A stretch of DNA of 64,000 nt. Source: Ostrea edulis (Eukaryota). The DNA is taken from assembly GCF_947568905.1 (NCBI RefSeq), contig NC_079170.1, positions 42,966,001 through 43,030,000 of the forward strand. Direction: 5' to 3'. The translations under genes were made by a program, and so were the position numbers. Below the pieces are notes generated by a model. That model was given only the letters and a program-made list of their open reading frames with translations, searched no databases and was not told the DNA's origin. The stretch's first letter is position 1. The number at the start of each line of letters is the position of its first letter. This document shows, one piece after another, positions 13,109 to 22,864 of the stretch.

Positions 13109-16100
13109 CTTTCTTCAATGGTCAGGATAATAGGGGTTCACATCGTTAAGGTTTCAAAATATTCTCAGGAACAGCAATTTGTTCCATTCTGACCTAGTGT
13201 AAAACATTATTGTACTGCTGTAAAAGTCATGCTACTCAGGTGAAATGATACATGTGTATATTGTTTTACAGGACATTGAACGACTATCAAACATTGGATT
13301 GAGTGTCCATCCCAAGACCATCCACAGGAAGTTAGAATCCTGGAAAGAATTGATAGATGTGAAAGTCAAAGAATTACGTGATTCATGGGCTGATAGTGGG
13401 AATGTGAAATACCAATTAGTGGGGGACAATTGGGACAAGAATATATTACCATCATACAGGACATCAGACCGAGGAACCCTGTCACTCCATCTCTTCAATG
13501 TTATTGCGGTTCAAGATAGAGTCCCACCTTTACCGGAGCTTCCTAAAGAGGAAAGAGAGATGACACAAGCTTGTGAATTTCTACCATCCATTGCTGATCA
13601 AAAACAACTGATGAAAGAATTGACATTCTTATTTGCAACCTCCATCATTGAGCATAATCCTCAGCTGCATAGAGTGTTTAACACTATTTATCCAAAGCAT
13701 TTGGATCATCCTTACAGTCATTACTCTGGACTTAAGACATTCCAAGTAAATATTTACATTCTACAGTACTGAAATTGTAAATTCATGAATATATTTCACC
13801 ATTAATTTAATTATATGCATGTTTTTAAAGAATTCCACTGATTGACTTATTGAATAATATGAATACCCATGTAACCATTTTTATACATTTGTGTTTCAGT
13901 ATCCACTTGGATTATATGACTGTAATGAAAACAAGACCCAAGAACTCATTGCTCTTTTGAAGAAGCTATCCAATGACTTCATACCACAAAAGAATGGGGA
14001 AATTGTTGAGCCTGTGTTTTTTGGGGGTATGTTTTTAATCACTTACTTACATTATTGTAATGGATAATGATTAAATATTTTTACAAATTCAAACAATTTT
14101 ATTTTGTGACAAAAGGGTATTGAACCTTATCTAATACACATTAAATGCTGTTTTAACCATTAATGCATGTATTATAGGAGACAGACTAACTGACGAAAGA
14201 GTCCAATCAGCTCAAAATGCAATGAAGAATGCTGCAACACCAAAAGAGAAATTGGAAGGGTTTATTTCCAAAATAGAAGATTTTCATAGATTGATGAATT
14301 TCTTAGAGGTACTTGTTAAAATTCAATTTTTATTATTTATTGCAATTGGTTGTCGTTTGTCGTCGTTTGTCATGCATTAACAATTGAACATTTTAAAGTT
14401 CTTCCTGATAACTACTGTTCCAATTCTTTTTAAATTTGGTATGAAGCATCTTTAGGACAATGGGGACATAAATTGTAAATTTAAGGACTCCTGGGGCCTT
14501 AGGGGCGGGGCAAAAGTTGACTAATTTTCAAAAATCTTCTCTTTACACTTGCATATTTTAAGAAATGAAACTAAATGCATAGTGATATAAAGCAGGAAGG
14601 CCTCTACCAAAATTGTAATTTTCTGGATCCCTGGGGTAGAGGTTCTGAGTCCAGGGTGGGGTCAAACTTGGTATGTATAGTGTATATGTGCAAAACTTAT
14701 AAATGATATCCGCTTTAATGCTATTGGTACTAAATTGAAACTAAATGGATATTTAGAATGAGCAAGTAGTCCTTCACCAAAATTGTAAATTTCATGATCC
14801 TAGGGAGTAAGAGTTTCGTTTCAAGGTGATGCCAAAATTATTATAATGATTTGAAGGACTTCTTTCAGTTTACTGATACCGTATAAAGTTTAAATGCATA
14901 TTTAGGAATAGCAGAAAAGGATGTACAAAAAATGGTGAATTTTGCAACCCCAGGGTTTTGACTCTAGGATGGGTCCAAATTAGTCATATCGCTTAATGTT
15001 AATAAATATATAGATTATGTAAAGACTTTCATAAGTGTACTCGCTTTTTAGACATTGAAGTTTTAAGAACACATGTTGTTTTAAACTGTTGCTGAATGAT
15101 AGAATTTAGCTTAGATATTCAGAACAAGAAATGTCTTTTCTAGATTTCATTGCCCACGAGATGAAATAATTTCAGGATGCCGAGTAAATTGCATATTAAA
15201 AAAAAAATTAGACAACATATTTTGAAATCAGGCACTTATATCTTTCTTAACCTCTTACAAGTTTGTTTCTCTATGGATGTGGGTATTGGTATGTGTACAC
15301 CTTAATCAAGATTCAAAATGATTAATCATCATTGTATACATAATGTACTTTTTGTATATATTGCTGACATATACCTCCCATTTTATTAACTTGATTCATT
15401 AGATACTTAATCCATCTTATATGTGTTATAGGCCATAGCCAAGATGACTTTCAGCACAGATAGTGGACAAGATGCTGGGACTCTCTATTACTACAGGAAT
15501 CTGCTGAATCATAGAGGTGTGAAGGGTGAAGTTAAGAACTCATATCGCCCATATAAGCTCCTGTGCTACACCGTGTTTGATGCTATTTGTCAGCTCTTTC
15601 TCCTTCATCATTTTGACATGACGGATGTTGATTCTAACCTCCCATTTCCAGAGGAATTCCAGGAATTGTCAGACAATGCTAAAGTAGAATGGTTAAACTT
15701 GGTGTGCAGTGAAATCTTGCAGACATGGTTCTTTGAAAATGAGAATGACATTTGTAAAGAATTAAGGGATGTGTTAGATGATCCACAGCACTCAGAGAAC
15801 TACTGGCTTTCGAGAATGCTTGAAAATGAACGTTTGAAGTGTCACTTTTGTGAAGCGACCTATGCATGTGTTGGCTCACTCCAATCCCATGAACAAAAGA
15901 AGCATGATGTTCAAATCCCTCCAAAACAGTCAAAATTGAAAGAGAAGAAAAGAGATCAGCTCCAGGATTACTTGGTAATGGTATTCAAGCTTGTCATTCT
16001 TCACAAAAACTTGGACACAGCTGTAGATATGGGAGATGGAGAGCGGGCAGTCAGGTCAGCTAAGTATGAACTGCCTCTATATAACAAGACGAACAAAGTC

Positions 16101-16610
16101 AAATACCTGATAGGATCTGTTCAGCTCACAGCCTTAACATCAAATAGTGGTGTACTCCCAGAAGATCAAAGACAACGGCTAGTTGCAAACAGATTTGTCA
16201 ATATTCAAGGTGGACAAAATAACAACATTGCCCTTGATGAATACCTTGAAATGGTGAACCGTGACAGCAAAGTAGCTTGTACTGGCAATCAGACGAAGGA
16301 TAGCATCATTCTCCATTCTAAGGAATACCCACATTTAGTCAATTTTGTAAAACATCTCGATGAAATTGCAAATGTTCGTCAAAAGAAGGGCTTTCATCAT
16401 CTACCTTCGTACCAGAGTGATGTGAAAAAAGTTTTACAGGATTTAATGCAAAATGATATTCTTGTGTATGACCCAAATAGGAAACTTCACTGCAAAAAAT
16501 TTGTCATTGATAGAAATCCATTCGACAACGCATTTACCAAACTTCCAATTATGATTCATAGGCACAAACCAACTTTGCCATTTTGTCGACTCCGGAATTT
16601 GCACATTTGA
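8047..16610 (+). CDS. Academ-type DDE transposase, 7 exons, ~993 aa, no stops or frameshifts
   Basis: Exons 8047-8423, 8755-8980, 12421-12888, 13272-13745, 13900-14026, 14178-14308, 15432-16610, all GT..AG with phases 2,0,0,0,1,0, total 2982 nt. Motifs LVGDNWD, VFFGGDRLTDER, IEDFHRLMNF, GTLYYYRN and NIALDEYLEMVNRDSK. N-terminal CxxC..CxxC. Extra exons in the 3.4-kb intron 2 cannot be excluded. Confidence 0.88.
10246..10825 (+). mobile_element. Decayed Helentron-type non-autonomous element (HINE-like) in transposase intron 2
   Basis: Shares blocks (ttgtccgttaaacattttac, accaaaattgtgaaattcatggcccct, 3' actcatgtgacc plus hairpin) with the element at 11033-12335. Confidence 0.55.
11033..12335 (+). 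mobile_element. HINE-like element in transposase intron 2
   Basis: 5' TTTTTAGGTCACCTGA..TCAGGTGACC palindrome, short (gtc) repeats, 3' subterminal TCAGGTGACC plus hairpin AGGCCCCTGGGCCT, T-rich ends. This is the structure of bivalve Helentron-associated elements. Confidence 0.75.
11514..12006 (+). repeat. Nested HINE fragment (TTATACCCCCGCAAC family) carrying ~3 x 145-bp satellite-like units
   Basis: tctaaag recurs at 11601, 11746 and 11891. Units contain ggggtcaaaaggtcaaaggtcaag. Confidence 0.8.
12974..13245 (+). mobile_element. Short HINE-like element in transposase intron 3
   Basis: Starts tttttagctcac...aagcttttctgatcgcc and ends actcaggtga. Confidence 0.6.
14340..15190 (+). mobile_element. 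Decayed HINE-like element in transposase intron 6
   Basis: gtcgtttgtcgtcg repeats plus repeated accaaaattgtaaatttc...ccctgggg blocks shared with 11033-12335. Confidence 0.55.
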
Positions 16611-17400
16611 TTTTGCCAGCTTTTCTACGCAGAAACTACAAGGGCGTGCATGTCATAAATATCTGCATAATATCGAAGTTTTAAGAATTTCAAGCAAGTT
16701 TATGTCTTGATACTTGGCCTTATATACATTGTATATGTTACTCTCATTGTGTAGTATTGTGCCAAAACAAGTCAAAAAATAGGACCCTGGTTTGTAAGGT
16801 CTTACATTGAAATTGATATTGAATTTGATGACTGACTTGATCTTGAGGCAGATGTTCAAAAACCATTTTCTTTCACCATCCATTTGACAGTAATAAACAT
16901 GTACAATTCTTGCATGTCTTGAGCTTGAATAAAACAAATACATACAGTGACACTAGTTATTCACTTAAATTTATTGGCATGTCGATCGAAGAAACATTTT
17001 AAAGATTAAGGGCGAGATTAAAAGTTCAATGTCTGACACATACACCCCCACCCCAATCAAATACCTAGTACTTTTCTTCAAGACATTACAACCCTTTAAA
17101 AATAATGATTTAACTCAATTCTTAAGCATAGGTACAATGAATTAAAAAGCAATTAACCTACTTAGTACAACTCTAATGACAGACTGAACATGTTCAATCT
17201 TTCTCATAGATCCTGAAAACAGAGCCTCCCCTTTGAATATAGCTTTTCATCCGACATGACCTTTTATATCTCGCCCCTTTCAAGCATGTAATAGAACAAA
17301 TTTTACCTTGACCACTGGAAAGGAAAAGCAATACTATTAATTTTGATGGGTTTTTTATTCCCCCACCCCCATCAGTTTTTTACGAGAAGTCATTGAAAAG

Positions 17401-19085
17401 TCAGGCATAACATGAATTTAAGTCGAGTGTGCCATCTAAGAAGTCATTATCTGAACTTCCAAAAGAATCTTCAGCCTCATTACTGTCTGAGTTGGAAATG
17501 ACACTCTGTTCAAAAAGTCTCTCCAAGGAAAGATATTCACAATTGCCACAACTACAAAGTTTGTGGCACACATCGCAGCATGTATGCTTTTTAACGTCCT
17601 GTTCAAGTTCACTTAAATTGGATTCACTCAAAAATTGTTTCATAATGTTTATTCGTCTACAAGTAGGTGAACGTAGGATATCTTTCATGGATTTGTCAAG
17701 TCTACGCAGATGATAAGCGTTAAACAAAATAAGGGCAATTGATGACTCCCCATCTCTTCCAATGCGCCCTATTTCTTGCACTAAGTCTACAATATTTTCG
17801 GGTATTCCGAACAGAATTACACTGTTGCAATGGGACACATCAATACCCATCCCTAATGCAGTAGTACAAATCACTAATCTGATTTTTGAAGTGTTATTCT
17901 GGTCATTTAAGCAATTGACAATTTCAGTTTTTTTGCCAATGGGTGTTTCTGAGTGAAACATTTCAATAAGAGGACTTGTGCCATCCAACTCCTTAATGAG
18001 ATAAGTGTAAAGTTTAGAAACATCATTAATGCTAGAACAGTACAATAATGTTTTGGGAAAGTCACTCTGCAAATGTTGAATTCCATCCACAAGCCAGGAC
18101 ATTGCCATTTCAAGATCACTGGATACTTTGGATATTGAGTATTTTATGTTAGCTTTATTTGGAGACATAACAATTTCTACTGTGTTTGGTCCAAAAGACA
18201 ACTGTTTTGAAACTCTTTTCTGAATTTTTACTGTAGATGTTGCACTTAGTGCGATAACACTGGCTTTTGGAAATAAAGATCTTAATTCTCCCACATGCGA
18301 AAACCACTTCCTAAATGCTTGTTTCTTTAAACCCATTCGGTCTTCACCCCTACATAAAAAAATAAACAATAACCAGGTCAGTGGTTGTGATAAAAACATG
18401 AGGAATAGTTTGTTGGAATAATGATATATTTACAATAAGTAAATGAAAAATTTACCATGTTGCAATCGTATGAAATTCATCAATGACTATGTTTTGTACA
18501 TTCAATTTCTTCATATCTTCTCTCCAAACTGCATTACTTATCAAAGATTCTGGAGATGCATAGATGACATCTATTTCCCCACTGAGTATCTGCCTGTCAC
18601 TTTCTTCACTTAAACCTGTAAAAATATTTTTTAAAGAATATCCTATTTATTATAATACTATATACCAAAGTTTGCTCAGATTATGTCGACACCCCGTGCA
18701 AATATTTGTCGATCCGACACTCAGCACATCAGTGAACAAAACCGGTATCATGGATTACATAAAGCCCTTTACCTTTGTACGCTGCCGATATACCCGGCAC
18801 AGCTGATATTTTCTTCACCTGGTCCTGCATTAGTGCAACTAAAGGACAGCAGACTAATATCACAGCACTAAATCCGGGGTTCATCTCGCGCATAAGTGGA
18901 ATGTAGACTTGAAAAGGCAGCGATTTGCCAAAACCAGTTGGCAAAATGGCCATACAGTCTTTGCCTTCAATCATGGCATCCAATATGCTCCGTTGTTCTT
19001 TCTTTAAAGCACTAACACCGAAACGTGGTAAAATTTTCTCTAAAGCTGCATCGATTACTTTAATGTCGGCCATTTTTCCTTTCAT
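17401..19085 (-). CDS. RecQ-like superfamily 2 helicase of AcademH, 3 exons, 473 aa
   Basis: Exons 19085-18773, 18615-18456, 18349-17401 with phases 1,2, total 1422 nt. Motif I LPTGFGKS, Ia CPLVALMQDQ, II IDEFH, III ALSAT, V TTALGMGID, VI QEIGRIGRDG, and a C-terminal Zn module CRR...CCDVC. Confidence 0.93.
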
Positions 19086-19260
19086 ACCGAATGCATTTTG
19101 TAAGAATAGCCCGCGATTGGTTGAAGCAGAAGCATTTCATTGGTCGACCCCAGGTTACCAAAGTTGACACCGACGTGACCCCACACGGAATGTCTTCAGA
19201 TCTTTGTGTAGCGACATAACAATAACGGAGCGGATCAAAGATCTTATTTTAATCAGATTG

Positions 19261-20230
19261 CTGTAGAATCATACCATCCGATTTTCTCCGATGTAAAACA
19301 GAATGGCTGACCCAGAAAATACAGTACATCCACACTACTTCTCGTCGTAAAAGGCGAAATCACGAAAGTTAAAGCGAGCACACACATCACAAATTGCCAA
19401 ACTTGGCCATCTCGGAGATTCGACGAACTAGTATAGAAAGCGAAAAATCTGCCGACCTTTTGACACAAAGTGTCATCGTTTGTTTTTCGTTTGGAGTTTC
19501 CTAAGGTTTCTGGTAAATACAAGCCCGTAAATAGATTAAAAAAGCACAACACTAACGACACTAAGCACGGCGGAACAGAGCCTAAATACTTTAGTGTATA
19601 TCCGGTAGAGATGTGTGCGATTGTCGACCCTATACCATCATAAAGATGTAGTAAGGCGAATGTGAAGGACCGTGACTTGTCGTATTTTGTGATATCTGCA
19701 ACTACACCAGACAAAGCCATAGAAAGAGTACATCGGGTACCTGTTATTCCAGCCAGTAAAAAACCCACGAAAAAATACTTGATATCGAGGTTGTACTGTA
19801 CGACAACAAGTGTGGCGAAATATTGTAGGAAGGTTCCTAGAAGAGGTAGGATGATGAAAAATCTCCTACCATAGTAGTCCGACATGATCCCTCCAAAGAC
19901 AACGACGAAGAGTCCCGGTATATACTCAGCATATCCGTAGTATGCGTCCCACTGCGCAGATTCGCGTTGAGCTTCCGCACTGTGAAAGGAGCAATTTTTA
20001 TTCGGAATTGATTGAGTGATGCTCGAGTTTGTCAGGTCCGCCTGAATTTGTTCACTGATATGTCGGAAAGTGTACTCCATTATAACGGAATATCCAGACT
20101 GCGTGGACACATTGTGTAAAATCAGAATAACACATATGGAGTAGTGCACAGACTTTTTAGATTTTGTTCGTGTTCTGATCGCATTATCGGTGTCAGGAAG
20201 AAGGTGGGTGTCCTCATTACCAGAATCCAT
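19261..20230 (-). CDS. SLC46-family MFS transporter, 5' part of coding exon 1 (truncated at 325 aa by AcademH)
   Basis: ORF 19253..20230 is hydrophobic, with MFS motif A-like GIMSDYYGRRFFIILPLLG and SLC46-like ADIT-x5-RSFTFALL. It stops a few bases inside the right TIR and resumes in frame at 7868. Confidence 0.88.
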
Positions 20231-21092
20231 TACTATATTTAGAATATAAAGCGGTGATTGTCCGTAATATGTAAAGCCGGGTTATCGTCTGACCATCAGA
20301 TTATGACTTATCCTAATATATAGAAATACAAGTAAACACAAGTAAACATAAGCGAGGACAATAGGTGACAAAATGGACCCCCTGTATCTCCAATATTTAT
20401 TTATGACATGCCTTACAGGAAAGCTACTTTATTTGCAAGACGCGATGGTTTGACTTTCTTCACAGCGTAGAGAGATAACTAAATGTATCATATTCTGTTT
20501 GATTAAAGAATTATGGATTCCGCAATGTTCCCGAGTTACCAGTAATAATATTAGTTAAGGAGACACCTAGAGGGGTAATACGGAAATATATGGCGTCCTT
20601 GAAAAAAATCATATTGGGCGAGGCGAAATTTATCCTCTCTATGATTTTACCTAGATACACTGATTAAGACATTATTCATTCTTAATGGTTTTCTAATGTA
20701 TATATACAACTGTCATAATAAATGACTGCAATGCGTGTATTCTTGAGATAATTTATCAAAAGTACAACAATGAAAAAATGGCTGCAACATTTAAACCATC
20801 AACAACAGGATAAAAAACTAAATTTTCAACAAACTGTAAATTCAAAAATGTTGTCTTTTCTTTTCAGATGACTTGGTTGGGTCAAGAATTATTGATTTTT
20901 GTGGTCTTGAATACAAAAGAGTTCCACATCATGGCAGCCGAGCTATGTATGGCGGGAATTTCAATTTTTAACGTTTTCAGGTTAGTACTGACGCTTATCT
21001 AGGCCGTATATCAACAGAATAATATGACAAATTTTTATTAAATAATTAATCCTATCATTTATCATGTAAAAATGTTTTGGGTTGCCTTTCCC

Positions 21093-21333
21093 TTTAACGT
21101 CCCTCTCGAGAATATTTCACTCAAGACGTCACCATTGCCGGTGAAGGGCTGCAAAATCTAGGCCTATGCTCGGCGCTTACGGCCTTTGAGCAGGGAGGGA
21201 TCTTTATCGTGCCACACCTGCTGTGACACGGGACCTCGGTCTTTGTGGTCTCATCCGAAGAACCGCCCAATTAGTTGCCTCTTACGACAAGTACGGGGTA
21301 CTGAGGACCTATTCTAACCCTGATCCCCACGGG
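21093..21333 (-). mobile_element. SINE-like element copy 3
   Basis: Same core. 5' end CCCGTGGGGATC at 21333; tail truncated. Confidence 0.8.
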
Positions 21334-21744
21334 ACTAAACCACGTGGAAGGGGCATATTGCAAATATTAGTTTAGTAAGAGACATAACATCGTTGTATGT
21401 ATTATTGGTTTCAGCCCACAAAATTCAAAGATTTTTTTCAGAGGCGGGATAACTCTTCATATCTAGTTGGTTTTTATTTTAAATTAATGTTAAATAAAGT
21501 CGGTACATTTATAATGGTGGATCCTGTTTCTTCCATTACAGCGTCTGACAATCATCCAGGCTGTTCCGGCTGACAAAGGTCAAAGTGAACTTAATTTTCC
21601 CCTCCAAGTGCAACAAATGTATTTTTGATTAGAGTGTTTTAATGAAGAAGGTGTTCTATATCGTAATAATGACTGACTTCCTTTTAAAACATGGATGAAA
21701 ATATAAATACCAGCAATATTTGTCCATTCTTTTCGAATACCATT

Positions 21745-21815
21745 GCCTAGCTGGGTAGCTCAGTAAGTTAGCACGTCGATTGTTGAACTGTAGATCGCGG
21801 GTTCCAATCCAACAG
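21745..21815 (+). repeat. Degenerate tRNA-derived (SINE-head-like) sequence
   Basis: A-box-like TAGCTCAGTAAG and B-box-like GGTTCCAATCC. No convincing cloverleaf. Confidence 0.4.
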
Positions 21816-22371
21816 TTCTTTTTTTTTTTTCCCCACAAATTGTTTTCTACTTAAACTGCAATTTTTTACTAAATAAAGTAAATATGAAAGATTTAAATTT
21901 TTTGTTGCTTATATTCTCCACTTTTCCTCCATATCAAATTTCTTTGGTGTAGCATTCATCCTTAATATTTTTCTTGTATTGAAATTTGTATTTAAAAAAC
22001 AAAAAAACCCAAAAAAAACAACAACAAAAACAAAAACAAAAACCAAAAAAAAAAAAACAACAAACAAACGAAAGAAACATATTGTGCATTGCATGGTTAT
22101 CAATAATATCAACTAGATTTAATTACACTTAATGTATGCATGCACAGAGAGAGAATTGTTATTTTTGTCCCCTCTTTCTTTAAACATTAATTTCCATATA
22201 TACATGTACAGTGTATATAGCTTTAGATGGATAAATAGATAGATAAAGTTACAAGATTTTAAATAACAGCTTTTCTAGGACAAGTTGAACTCGCTTTCAA
22301 TTTTTGGACCTTTCAATGTGTCTCTAGACATAGCTCCTGATCCGTGGCTAGTGAAGGTGCATTGCAATATA

Positions 22372-22595
22372 TGCCTCGTTCACACGAAGAATTTAATTCG
22401 CATTAAACGTAAGTTAATGCGAATTAAATCTGAACCGCGTTCACACGGAGATTTTAATGCGCATTACTTTACTTCGAATTAAATATTACCACCGTGTGAA
22501 CGCTATTGAATTCAAATTAATTTAATGCGCATTATTTTACTTCGCATCAAATTTGATGCGAAGTAAATTTAATGCGCATCCGTGTGAACGAGGCA
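22372..22595. mobile_element. Foldback MITE, 224 bp
   Basis: 15-bp TIR TGCCTCGTTCACACG / CGTGTGAACGAGGCA, ATA on both sides, and a second internal inverted pair gcgttcacacgg / ccgtgtgaacgc. Confidence 0.75.
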
Positions 22596-22864
22596 ATACA
22601 TAAAAATCAAAACCCAATCATCCCTATAGAAATTGCACTGTGCTGTCACATCATACTCATCTCTAATGACTAATTTCCAATCCGAGGTTTGTCGTGCATT
22701 TTATCATATACATATGATCAACCATTTCCAGCTTTAGATTGACAAATAGAACAAGACGCTTGATTAAGAATGTCTGCACTTTCGTAGTTCTGGGTTCCCT
22801 TTCACCTTTACTTCCTTTGATAATACAGCTGGTATTTCCCATCAGAGAGCTCTATACGGAGACT

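Larger units (their letters stand above)
7869..19260 (+). mobile_element. AcademH DNA transposon, full length (11392 bp), autonomous
   Basis: 104-bp TIRs at 7869-7972 and 19157-19260 with one mismatch. Perfect 10-bp TSD CTGTAGAATC at 7859-7868 and 19261-19270. Encodes a transposase and a convergent RecQ-like helicase, the architecture and 9-10 bp TSD described for AcademH (Kojima 2020). Confidence 0.92.

Noticed and set aside
7869-19260. AcademH being spliced out as an intron to restore SLC46
   Set aside because: On the host strand the element begins CAATCTG, not GT, and has no terminal acceptor that would restore the frame.
20555-21095. Possible TTAA-flanked element upstream of SINE copy 3
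   Set aside because: The two candidate ends are not convincing inverted repeats.
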